DNA of 64,000 bases from Octopus vulgaris (taxonomy: Eukaryota), in the NCBI GenBank assembly GCA_951406725.2, contig OX597815.1:108314001-108378000 (forward strand), read 5' to 3'. A program made the position numbers and the translations under genes. Of the stretch, positions 51,518-64,000 are shown piece after piece. How positions within the stretch are numbered: position 1 is the first letter of the stretch; the number at the start of each line of letters is the position of its first letter. The notes under the pieces are model-generated. The model was given only the letters and a program-made list of their open reading frames with translations. It was not told where the DNA came from and made no database searches.

Positions 51518-51614
51518 CAGATAGTTTTGGCTGACGAGCTACAAATGGATTTTTTTTGTAAGTAAAATTACATTTAATTCATTAATAGCGAAACAATTGT
51601 CCCAAAATAATCTG
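51518..51614 (+). ncRNA. Type I hammerhead ribozyme (intact core), predicted cleavage after 51601
   Basis: CTGACGA at 51531-51537, GAAA at 51590-51593, GUC at 51599-51601. Stem I is TTTTGG/CCAAAA, extended by CAGAT/ATCTG. Confidence 0.85.
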
Positions 51615-51775
51615 TATTTTTGTTATTTTTTATTTGCCCTGTCCGTGTGAGCTAACAATCGTACTGACTTTCATGGGAAACATGCATTTTCGTGGTTGAA
51701 ACCTTTTGGATTAACTGGTGCTAGAGTGAGCCACATAGTGACCACTCTCTTATATTTATTTTATATTATTTATTT

Positions 51776-51820
<45 letters not shown>

Positions 51821-52023
51821 TGCAATATTATATATAAGGATTACTCTGAAGTAGCAACAGCTTTACCTTTAATTCTATAATTATATATTGCCTTTCAAAG
51901 ACCAACAATTGTTTCAATGTTAAGGAAATATATTCAGAATTATCCAACAGAACATTCCTCTGATATTCTGAATACCTAACTAAAAGCACTGGTAATCATT
52001 TCGGGGTCAAACTTTAATTTTTA

Positions 52024-52054
<31 letters not shown>

Positions 52055-52057
<3 letters not shown>

Positions 52058-53561
52058 TCACTATCAGAACTAGAGAAGAAGTTCCAGGTCTGGAAACAAT
52101 GATTAGAATCGAAGGGTCTTAGAATCAACTTAGCTGAAACCAAAGTCCTAATAAGTAGGAAGGAAGACAAACCACAAATCCCTTCAGGTGGATGACCCTG
52201 CTCGATCTGTAGAAAAGGTGTAGGTAGAAACTCTATAAGATGTACCCTGTTTAAGCAATAGATACATAAGAGGTGCAGCAATATCAAAGGCTAACTGGGA
52301 AGATAGCCTTTGTATGTGGCAGATGCTCAGGAGCAATAAACACTGAAAATGTGCAGAGAACAGCTTCTGTCACATTCCAGGGAGAAAAACTAAGTAGTTG
52401 ATAGCTTCCATTACTTAGGTGACTAAGTCAGTAGTGGGGGTTGGTGCACTGAAAGTGTAGCGGCTAGAATAAGAATAGCTTGGGCAAAGTTCAGAGAGCT
52501 CTTACCTCTGCTGGTGACAAAGGACCTCTTGCTCAGAGTAAAAGGTAGACAGTATGACGGGTGTGTACAAACAGCCATGCTACATGGCAGTGAAGCATGG
52601 GCTATGACTGCTGAGGACATGCATAAGCTCGCAAGGAATGAAGCCAGTATGCTCCGATGGATGTGTAATGTCAGTGTGCATACTCGACAGAGCGTAAGTA
52701 CCATGAGAGAAAAGTTGGACCTAAGAAGCATCAGATGTAGTATGCAAGAGATACAACTGCACTGGTATGGTCATGTGGTGAGAATGGATGAGGATAGCTG
52801 TGTGAAAAAGTGTCCCACCCTAGTGTTTGATGGAACCTGTGGAAGAGGTAGACCCAGGAAGAGCTGGGACGAGGTGGTGAAGCACGAACTTTGAACATTA
52901 GACCTCACTGAGGCAATGATTAGTGGCTGAGACCTTTGGAAATATACTGTACTGAGAAGACCCAGCAAGCCAAGTGTGAGCATAACCCGTGGCCTATGCC
53001 AAGTGGGTAACCAACCCACTTATGCGTACCTTTCCTTCATTGGACACTAAACTCAGCTTGTGAAGACCTGTCGAGGCAAATGAAATCAAAATCAAATTTG
53101 ATGACTGGCATCCATGTGGAGTGCTAAGAGTACCATTCGAGTGTGATTGTTGCCAGAGCAACTGGCGGGCTTCCATGCCGGTGACACGTAAAAAGCACCA
53201 TTCGAGTGTGATCACTACCAGCATCACCTTACTAACACTTGTGCTGGTGGAACATGAAAAGACATTCGAGTGAGGTCGTTGCCAGTGCCGCTGGACTGGC
53301 TTCTGTGCAGGTGGCATGTAAAAAACACCATTTGAGCAGGACCATTACCAGTACCACATGACAGCCCTTGTGCTGGTGGCACGTAAAAGCACCTGCTACA
53401 CTCTTGGAGTAGTTGGCATTAGAAAGGGCATCAAGATGTAGAAACTCTGCCAGATCAGATTGGAGCCTAGTGCAGACATCTGGTTTGCCAGTCCTCAGTC
53501 AAATCGTCCAACCCATGCTAGCATGGAAAGCAGATGTTAAACGATGATGATGACGATGATG

Positions 53562-53562
<1 letters not shown>
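52055..53562 (+). mobile_element. RTE LINE 3' portion with PHD-like Cys cluster
   Basis: LRINLAETKVL, PCSICRKGVGRNSIRC...HKRC, and ORF 52514-52894 (AMLHGSEAW...LHWYGHVVRM...RGRPRKSW). Tail (GAT)n. Confidence 0.9.
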
Positions 53563-53632
<70 letters not shown>

Positions 53633-53899
53633 GATACATACATACATACATATGTATATGTGTGTGTATGCATGTGTATGTGTATATATATATATATACA
53701 CATACACATACGTACATATGTATATATGTGTGTGTGTTTATATATATCAGATCATTAAGAATGAAATGTCTGATTTTGAACGACAAGTTCATTTTATTCT
53801 ATCTCAACAAAAGCAATGTAGTTAATCAAAGTATGCACCTAAATTATCAACATGATTTTGCTATTTTATTGGTAGCTTATTTATGCCAGCAACAAAGAA

Positions 53900-54800
53900 T
53901 TCTGGAGAGTAAGAGGTGATGAAATCACAAAAGGTTGTTTTTACATCTTCTTCAGGTTTGAATTTTTTTTTCTTGCAAAAAGTTGTCTAATGTCTTGTAA
54001 ACATGATAGTCAGTTGGTGCAAGGTCTGGTGAATATGATGGATGACAGAGTACTTCCAAGTTCAGTTCCTGTAACTTGAGTAGTGTTCTTTATGCAACAT
54101 GTTGTCGAGAATTGTCTTGCAAGAGAATTGGCCTGTCTCAATTGAACAATCTCATTTGTTTTATTGCAAGTTCACTCATCATTTTATCCAACTGGTTGAT
54201 GTATACATCCACTGTAATTGACTTACCAGGTTTCATGAAGCTGTAGTGGATGACACCAGCACTGGACTACCAAACAGACTTCATTAGTTTTTTTTTTGGT
54301 GAATATTCTTTTTAGGATTCTGTTTTCACATTTCGTTTCTATCCAACCACCATGCAGAATGCTTGTTATTGTTGAAAAGAATCCATTTTTTATCATGCGT
54401 AATAATAAAATGCAAAAAATGGTTTGCTTTTATGCTGTAACAGCAAAGAACAGCAAGTTCCAAGACAATGTGTCATTTGATGGTCGCTCAGTTCATGTGG
54501 TAAGCACTTGTCTAATTTCTTTGCCTTGCTGATTTGTTTCAGATAGTCCAATACATTTGGAATTGAAACATCAAATCTTACTGCTAATTCACACATAGTT
54601 TGAGTTGTATCCACTTCCACTACATTATGTACCTTGGTCTCAGGTTTACCACGAGGCTGATTTTCAAGTGTAAAGTCACCAAACCAGAACTTCTCAAACC
54701 ATCAACATAAAGTATGCTCATTCACCACATCTTCACCAAATGCCTCATTAATGTTTTGAGCTGTCTGGGATGCATTGGTTCCATGATGGAACTTACATAC
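53900..54800 (-). mobile_element. Decayed mariner transposase
   Basis: HPSYSPDLAPTDYH at ~54003-54044(-), KKLDKCLPHELSD (WVPHEL-like) and LQDNSRQH. Confidence 0.85.
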
Positions 54801-54859
54801 ATAAACAACATAAATTTTTTATCAGTCCATGGGTTCACAAAACTTGATATACCAGAGAA

Positions 54860-55590
54860 AACTGTGTGCAAACAGGACATGTGTAGACTTGAAAGAAATG
54901 TAGCTAGTATACTTCATTGGATGTGCAATGTTAGTGTGCTTGTATGCCAGAGTGTAAGCATCTTGAAAGAAAGGCTGGGTATAAGAGGCATCTGATGTGG
55001 TGTGCAAGGGGGATGACTATGTTGGTATGGTCATGTGATGCATTTGGACAAAGACAGCTGTGTAACAATGTGCCTATCTCTAACTGTGGAGGGAACCTAT
55101 GGAAAAGGTAGACCCAGGAAGACATGGGATAAGGTGGTTAAGCATGATCTTTGAATGTTGGGCCTCACAGAGACAATGACAAGTGATCGAGACCTTTGGT
55201 GATATACTGTGCTTGAGAAGACACACCAAGCCAGTGCTGGTGTCATGTAACCTGTGGCAGTAGTACATAAAAAGCACCCTTTGAATATTCAGCCTCACAA
55301 AGGTGATAACTGACCAAGGCCTTTGACGATATGCCATGCTTGAGAAGACATGTCAAGACAATTGTGGCCGATGCTGGTGTCACGTAACTGGCACCCATGC
55401 AGGTGGCATGTAAAAAGTACCCATTACACTTTTTGAGTGGTTGGCATTAGGAAGGGCATCAGGCTATAGAAACTGTGCCAAATCAGACTGGAACCTGGTG
55501 CAGCTCTCCAGCTCACCAGTTTCAGTCAAATTATCTAACCCATTGCAGCATGGAAAGCAGATGCTAAATGATGATGATGATGATGATGAT
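54860..55590 (+). mobile_element. RTE LINE 3' end
   Basis: DMCRLERNVASILHWMCNVS, GRPRKTWD and the shared tail. Confidence 0.8.
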
Positions 55591-55804
55591 ATCTAGGCAT
55601 GCAACTATATGCATGAGAACACATAGATAAACAATTCATACAAATCTATACATGGACTGACTCCAAATACTGCATATATACACACATGCATGCAAAAATA
55701 CCTTGATGTTGAAATTCCAGTGAAGGAGCCTTGGATCTAGGTTAGAAACCAGATCTTTCTCTATTGGCAAGAAAACTTAAAATAAGACTGAACAGTGACA
55801 TGCA

Positions 55805-55806
<2 letters not shown>

Positions 55807-55874
<68 letters not shown>

Positions 55875-55919
55875 CCTACCTACCTACCTACCTACCTACC
55901 TACCTACCTACCATTCTAC

Positions 55920-55954
<35 letters not shown>

Positions 55955-55993
55955 CCTACTTACCTACCTACCTACCTACCTATTTACCAACAA

Positions 55994-56082
<89 letters not shown>

Positions 56083-56256
56083 ATCAATCTATCTGTCTTA
56101 TCTACCTATCTATCTATCATCTATCTATCGGCCTCTCTGGCTATCTGTCTATGGCTATCTACCTGTCTGTCTCCCTCCCTCTCTCACTCTCTGTCTGTTT
56201 ATCTATCTATCTATCTATCTCCCTATGTATGTATGTATGTATGTATGTATGTGTGC

Positions 56257-56330
<74 letters not shown>

Positions 56331-56679
56331 TCATTGCAGCAACTCAATATTAAAAAGTCAAGTTGAAATTCAGAAACATTCTATTAAGGGGATGAAAAAA
56401 AGGAGAAAAATAAAAATGCATGCATATAAAACTTCATCAGCTTTGTAAGGAAATTAATGGAAAATAGAACTGATCAGCTTTTATTAGGTGGAAACAAAAT
56501 GTTGCTCTGTGAGATAAATACATTTTTAATATGAAGACCTTGTTACCTAGAAATATAAGTAGCAATTCAAAGAATAATATACAGACATACATATATACAT
56601 GCATACATACACACGTACATACATACATACATATATGTGTGTGTGTATGTATGTGTATATATATATATATGTATATGTG

Positions 56680-56712
<33 letters not shown>

Positions 56713-56725
56713 ATTTATATACACA

Positions 56726-56756
<31 letters not shown>

Positions 56757-57004
56757 ACTCACACACACATATTAATGCATATGTACTTATTATATATACA
56801 TACTTACATACATACCTACATACATACATGCATACATACATACATACATTCATACCTCCCCCCCCACACACACAGAGGCAGAATTAGCAAACTAATCTGA
56901 TCTTTTATTCTGAGCTTGAATAATATTCCAAGTTTGGTGGATCTATGTCAGTTATGTAGGTTAGGTATATACATGCAATTTCATATACATGAATACACAC
57001 ACAT

Positions 57005-57042
<38 letters not shown>

Positions 57043-57498
57043 CACACATTATATATGTATATACACATATAATGAATATATTTCATATATGTGTAGTATA
57101 TAGTGTGTATATATATATGTGTGTATATAGTGTATATACATATGGATGTCTGTATGGATATATACCTATCTAGCTATCAACCTACCCATCTCTCCACTTC
57201 CCTCTCCCTTTCTCTCACTATACATGTACAAACTCCCACCCCACATATATATATATATATATATACACACAAATGTATTCAGGGAATCTGACTAATATGT
57301 ATGTAACACATGTATAACACATACATAGACTCTCTTTTTCACAAATTTGCCTATACATACATACTTACATATATACATAAATACATACATGCATACATAA
57401 ATACATGCACACATACACACACATAGAGATGCATAGAGATGTACATGTACATACATATGTGCATACATGCATACATACATACATACATGCATACGTAC

Positions 57499-57545
<47 letters not shown>
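55807..57545. repeat. Compound microsatellite field (TCTA, CCTA, TTTC, GA, TA, CATA)
   Basis: Directly visible; explains ORFs 55764-57492. Confidence 0.9.
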
Positions 57546-57550
<5 letters not shown>

Positions 57551-58878
57551 ATGAGGGTGAAAAATCGATATTAATTTAATAATACCATTAATTTAACACC
57601 AAGTGGCTTAGCACAAAAAACTACGGAGAAAATATTTATATATATATATATATATATTTATATATTGTCTATGCATATACATGTGCAATTGAAAAACAGC
57701 TTAAGAGGATTAATGATATTACTGCATAAGAACTCTAAAGTGTGGCAAAGTGGGTTGATACCAAAGACATGAAGTAGAGTAGGGTATAAAGATAATTATT
57801 TATTCATGTACATCAAGACTGATGATTATAAGACAGATGTACATGTTGAACAAGGTGTGGCATAGTTGATGTTAGTTAAAATTTGTAGTGCGACCTTCTG
57901 TATTGGTAGTTTACATTGTTGCCGTTGCTGAGATCGAGGCTAGATCTGCTTCTGATTGAACAGTCCTGGTTTTAAAAGTGCATTGCACCTATAATGAGCT
58001 ACCCGATTTTCAAAAGATATTTGCCATTGATTTCAGGGAGATTTGGTAATTTTTTTTTTCTATGGAATGTGATAATTGGACATGTGTGTTTGGATGCTGG
58101 TAATTTGGCATGGCGGAGTGAATGAGGCATCAGTTTTGGTGACAGTACTTTTTGGCACTGAAGGCATGCATACACACACACACACATGCATGTACATAAA
58201 TATACACATACATACATACATACATACATACATACATACATACATACATACATACATACATACATACATACATACATACATACATACATACATACAGACA
58301 GACAGACAGACAGACGGACCAACAGATAAATAGACAGGTAAATAGAGAGAGAGGGAGAGAGACTTGAAAGCAGAGAGGGAGAGGGGGAGTGGGGAGTGGA
58401 GAGCGGAGAGGGAGAGAGGGGGATGTAGAAGGAGAGAGAGGAGATGGAGAGGGACAGAGGGGAGATTGGAAAGAGCAGTATGAAGAGAGCAATATTACTA
58501 TTTATTAATTGAAAACAGTTGACATCAGCAGTTTCCTTCTCCTCATAATTGGACTACATCTGGATCATATCACTGTATTCAGTGTATGCTTGGACAGTAA
58601 CATTGCATGAGTTATAGCACTTTTAATAATTGATTGATGACAGCTCATTTCATTTCAATTTTTCTAAACCAATCAATGTTACTATTTCTATATTGCTACT
58701 GGATTTGATAAAGTTAGCAGCCAAATGTCCCTTAGATCATAACTTTACCATCTCAGTAAAGGGCAGTTAGGATAATGTGATCCTTGCTTACTGGCACATT
58801 GGTAAAACATGGTATTGTCTTGGCTTGAACCTTTGATCAAGGCTGACCCAAGGTTAAACAACAACAACAGCAGCAGCA

Positions 58879-59240
58879 GTGGAGGTGCAATGGCCCAGTG
58901 GTTAGGGCAGTAGACTCGCAGTTGGAGGATCGCGGTTTCGATTCCCAGACTGGGCGTTGTGTGTGTTTATTGAGTGAAAACACTTAAAGCTCCACGAGGC
59001 TCTGGCAGGAGGTGGTGCCGACCCCTGTTGTACTCTTTTGCTCCAATTTTCTCTCACTCTTTCTTCCTGCTTCTTATCCCCAACTTCCTATGCAATCGCT
59101 GAACCTGGATACACATTCATCCATCCGTCGATGCTCTCGGTGTCGGGGGTTGACCTGCTTTCTCTTCTGTGGGTCTTATGTATAGCAAAGGACCACGTTT
59201 CAGACTTTCTCCCACTCTGGATCGAAGACCACTTCGCTCA
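58879..59240 (+). mobile_element. SINE family D head plus an unrelated 3' segment, between (CAA/CAG)n tracts
   Basis: GTGGAGGTGCAATGGCCCAGTGGTTAGGGCAG...GGTTTCGATTCCC (A and B boxes). Confidence 0.75.
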
Positions 59241-59699
59241 ACAGCAACAGCAGCAGCAGCAGCAGCTGCAGTAAAAACAACAACATAACAACAGCCTGTT
59301 TTTATTTCATTCACAATTGTCATTGGCAAAATCAAGAATGCTGCAATTATTATTTTTCTTTCTCTCTTTTAGAGGAAAATGGGAAACTGAGTTAACCATT
59401 TCATGCGCATGTTATTAATAAAATACACTGTTCATTAATTTTGGAAATAAGCGCCTATTTGTAAGGATTTAGGGAAATAACTAACTTTACCATTGCTAAA
59501 GGCCAGTGTTTGGAATATCAAAACAAAAAAAGAAATAAGCATTCTCAAATAATATTAGGATGGAAGATCTTTTTTAATTTAAATATGAACACTTTGAAAC
59601 ACGAGGTTTTGAATCAGAAAGCCTGAGGTGATCTAATGCAGGTTATAAAAATAATGAATATCGATGGAAATTATATTGCTGCAAAAGGCCACCTCTTCC

Positions 59700-59714
59700 C
59701 CTTCCTCCTCCTCC

Positions 59715-59746
<32 letters not shown>

Positions 59747-59747
59747 G

Positions 59748-59795
<48 letters not shown>

Positions 59796-59858
59796 CCACC
59801 ACCGCCGCCGCCACCACCACCACCGCCACCGCCGCCACCGCTGCCGCCGCCGCCACCT
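59700..59858. repeat. (CCT)n(CAT)n(CCA/CCG)n trinucleotide tract
   Basis: Directly visible. Confidence 0.95.
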
Positions 59859-60894
59859 TCACAAGCAGATAACACCACTTTTATGACAGTGACACCCATT
59901 TACGACTATCACTCAGTACCAAGGTAAAGAGGTGCAAACACATACATTCCTCAAACACACACACTATGACATACATGGTGGCTGCCCCCTCATTATCGAG
60001 TATGGCCATTGCACGAAGCTTAATCAATGTTGTTATCGTGCAATGCATGTGCAAGAAGATGTTTTTAAAGTGAGGAAAGGCTGTGCACTGAGTCAATCCC
60101 ACTCACTAAGCAACAGCAGCCATAATCCGAAAAGAAGAATGAGTCAACATCATCGGTAACCACTGAGCCGCAGGTTTTATGTCAGAGTTAACCTAGTTAC
60201 CTGAGTTACCTTCTCCTAGAAGGATGCCCTAACAAAGGCTAGGAGTCCTTCACTCCCAATGGTTTAACTGCGCGATCGGGTATTCAGTCTGATTATTTCT
60301 ATATCATTCACACACACACACACACACACATGCACATATATATACACATGCATACATACAAATGTACACACATGCATACATACTTACAGCAGGCTTCTAT
60401 CAGGCCTAGAGCAGAGGATATTTACCCACTTCTTGATGATCCTATTTATGATAATGTACACATTTCAGTTGGTGTTTCTGATTATTGTTCATATTTATAG
60501 TTGTTGTGTAACCCAAATTCAGATCTGGTCAAATAGATTTAAAGTACATACTGGCCAAATGTCTAGGAGCAACGTATAGATGTATTCGTTTATGTTATAT
60601 GTAGACCAAACTCTAATGAAACCATTCCACATGATGTCATATTTTTGCCAAATTTCATAAGAATTGAACTGACATCGTCAGCAAGGAACAAGACCTTTGT
60701 AATATGGAGAACATATCTGTCTAATGACAACAAAATATAAATTTTGTAGTTGTTGTAGAGGCATTTTGATATAATGCTGGACAATTACAAGAGCAACATG
60801 GAATCTATGTTTTAAAATGTGAAGGAGAGTGAAGAAAATTTCTCAGGAGCAAAATTTACAAAATAGTATATCATATAGAGCATGTTATATATGA

Positions 60895-61360
60895 TGGCAG
60901 TAAGCTGGCAGAAACGTTAGCATGCCAGGCAAAATGCTTAGCAGTATTTTGTCTGCTGCTACGTTCTGAGTTCAAATTCCGCTGAGGTCGACTTTGGCTT
61001 TCATCCTTTCGAGGTCGATTAAATAAGTACCAGTTACGCACTGGGGTTGATATAATCGACTTAATCTGTTTGTCTGTCCTTGTTCATCCCTTGTGGGTAG
61101 TAAAGAAATAGGTATATTATATAGAGCTATATGTTATGAACAGAAATCAAGGTAGTTAGCTAGTAGAATCATTACTATGCTGGGCAATATGCATAGCAGT
61201 GTTGCATTCTGCTTTATGTTCTGAGTTCAAGTATTGTCAAGGTCAACTTTACGTTTTTTTATTCTTTTGGGGTTAATAAAATAAACACCAGATGAGCACT
61301 GGAGTCAATGTAATTGATTACTCTTCTCAAAATTTGAAGCCTTGTACCTGTAGTTGAAAA
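60895..61360 (+). mobile_element. Two SINE family B copies
   Basis: AGCTGGCAGAAACGTTAGC...TTCTGAGTTCAAATTCCGCTGAGGTCGACTTTGGCTTTCATCC, with a second decayed copy from ~61160. Confidence 0.7.
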
Positions 61361-62224
61361 ATTAACAGAAATAATGCTAACTTAAGTTCATGGAACACTA
61401 AGAAAATATGAATTCATGCCAACTGTTGCCATAGGAATCATTATATGGAAAAAGAAGTAGAGGCAGGTCTTGTTGAACATATTTGCTGAAATTGTTGGTA
61501 AACATAAAATCTTGACCAAGTAAAACTGCGTTGCAGAGCAGATGAAGGAAAGAAGGAAAGAAGTGAATGAGATCTGCATGTTCTTGATATCACATGGCAC
61601 ACAACACTTTTCAGGGCTTCCAAAATTGGTTGGAAGAAGGATGGAAGTCATTCACAGACTGCAGCTGGGTGAATTCGCTAAAGGCATCCTTGAATTTGGT
61701 CATGAGGTTAAAATGAGCAACAGGAAAAAAATCTATCGCCCAAGAAGAGAAACAGTTCCCCTAACAAACTTCCACATAGTTCCTGTCTCCCAAATTTCCC
61801 TCACAAGGCTTTGGTCAACCTCTAAGACTTGCCCAAGGTGGGACATAATGGGTAAGGATTGATACATTAAACAAGATTTATCTCTCTTCCATATTTACTA
61901 AAGTTTAAAATATTATGAATGTTAGTATGAATACTGCACACTGCCTTCTTCCATACTGTGATGTTTTGCATGACAGGAAATAATATAATCCAAATGGCAT
62001 TTTATGGAAAACTGACAGTAAGTGATTGCCTGAAAACCCATGTATTTCTAGATACTAATTATTATTAATATTATCATGCAATGCAATTGGATGAAATTTT
62101 AAGTAGCCAAACATCTTCCATACTGTGTTGCATCAGTACTTATATATATATAAGCATGGAAAACTGACGTTAAGGGATGCTGCTCCTGCAGCTGATGATG
62201 ATGATGATGATGATAATACAGCTA

Positions 62225-62822
<598 letters not shown>

Positions 62823-62847
62823 AATACATATACATATATTATATATA

Positions 62848-63092
62848 TCATCATCATCATCATCATCATCGTTTAACGTCCGTTTTCCGCGCTAGCACGG
62901 GTTGGACGGTTTCGACCGGGGTCTGGGGAGATCGGGACTGCCCCAGGCTCCAATCTAGTCTGGCAGTGTTTCTACAGCTGGATGCCCTTCCTATCGCCAA
63001 CCACTCCGCGAGTGTAGTGGCTGTTTTTTACGTGCCACCTGCACAGGTGCCAGAGGGGTCTGGCATCGGCCACGTTCAGATGGAGCTTTTTA
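62848..63092 (-). mobile_element. Young RTE-type 3' tail with (GAT)n
   Basis: (CAT)n-CGTTTAACGTCCGTTTTCCGCGCTAGCACGGGTTGGACGG, the same CpG-rich variant as at 16945. Confidence 0.8.
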
Positions 63093-63093
63093 T

Positions 63094-64000
63094 GGGGGGG
63101 GGGTGCAGAAATATAGGGGAGCACCAGTGGGAGGGGTGGTTCAGAGGACAGGTACTAGGCAAGTAGAACGTAGGATATCGAGAGAGGGGTAATGCATGGT
63201 GAAATAGCGTATTGAAGAGGGGGTTCAAAGAGTAGACACCTATAATGGTGGTGGGGGGGTGCAGAAATATAGGGGAGCACCAGTGAGAGGGGTGGTTCAG
63301 AGGACAGGTTCTAGGCAAGTAGAACGTAGGATATCGAGAGAGGGGTAATGCATGGTGAAATAGCGTATTGAAGAGGGGGTTCAAAGAGTAGACACCTATA
63401 ATGGTGGTGGGGGGGGGTGCAGAAATATAGGGGAGCACCAGTGGGAGGGGTGAGCACCAGTGGGAGGGGTGGTTCAGAGGACAGGTTCTAGGCAAGTAGA
63501 ACGTAGGATATCGAGAGAGGGGTAATGTATGGTGAAATAGCGTATTGAAGAGGGGGTTCAAAGAGTAGACACCTATAATGGTGGTGGGGGGTGCAGAAAT
63601 ATAGGGGAGCACCAGTGGGAAGGGTGGTTCAGAGGACAGGTTCTAGGCAAGTAGAACGTAGGATATCGAGAGAGGGGTAATGCATGGTGAAATAGCGTAT
63701 TGAAGAGGGGGGTTCAAAGAGTAGACACCTATAATGGTGGGGGGGGGCAGAAATATAGGGGAGCACCAGTGGGAGGAGTGAGCACCAGTGGGAGGGGTGG
63801 TTCAGAGGACAGGTTCTAGGCAAGTAGAATGTAGGATATCGAGAGAGGGGTAATGCATGGTGAATAGCGTATTGAAGAGGGGGTTCAAAGAGTAGACACC
63901 TATAATGGTGGGGGGGTGCAGAAATATAGGGGAGCACCAGTGGGAGGGGTGGTTCAGAGGACAGGTTCTAGGCAAGTAGAACGTAGGATATCGAGAGAGG
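63094..64000. repeat. Tandem array of 154-174-bp G-rich units, continuing past the window end
   Basis: GCAGAAATATAGGGGAGCACCAG at 63105, 63261, 63419, 63593, 63747 and 63918. Long units carry an ~18-bp internal duplication. Confidence 0.95.

Larger units (their letters stand above)
49696..51762. mobile_element. Tandem and inverted array of ~534-bp hammerhead-containing units (retrozyme/Penelope-like) in a (TA)n site
   Basis: AGGGTGAGAG at 49711 and 50245 gives a period of 534. Orientation flips at 50535/50536. Plus-orientation units start at 50536, 51067 and 51604. (TA)n flanks both ends. Confidence 0.9.

Noticed and set aside
49696-51762. CRISPR-like interpretation of the tandem arrays
   Set aside because: Eukaryotic context, long near-identical units, no unique spacers and no cas genes.
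55764-57492. Long ORFs (up to 217 aa)
   Set aside because: Translations of TCTA/GA/TA microsatellites. The same applies to the other YIYI, HTHT, poly-D and poly-I ORFs in the track.
60590-60784. ORF with LFLADD motif
   Set aside because: Probably a heavily decayed RT fragment; too little signal to classify.

Overview
AT-rich, repeat-saturated animal genomic DNA, most likely an octopus or other coleoid cephalopod (inferred from the SINE, RTE and microsatellite landscape). It is intronic or intergenic, and no complete host gene is visible. Most ORFs in the track are microsatellite artefacts or decayed transposon fragments. Recognisable elements are Tc1 and mariner DNA transposons (two with both TIRs), hAT remnants, a Helitron-like end, a decayed Ty3/Gypsy gag-pol, many RTE LINE 3' portions with (GAT)n tails, five restriction-like-endonuclease (R4/Dong-type) non-LTR fragments, an L1/Tx1-like ORF1 relic and several tRNA-derived SINE families. 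The most interesting signal is non-coding RNA structure. (1) A ~534-bp tandem and inverted array at 49.7-51.8 kb carries minimal type I hammerhead ribozymes (retrozyme/Penelope-like), and its inversion point lies 2 nt from the predicted cleavage site. (2) A second repeat family (two copies at ~15 kb, one at ~39 kb) has all hammerhead core motifs and stems in a non-circularly permuted order, with compensatory changes between copies. (3) Long palindromes carry decayed hammerheads. Two young composite insertions also join an RTE 3' tail to tandem arrays. Two weak candidate minus-strand exons are noted. All RNA structures were paired by eye and are untested.
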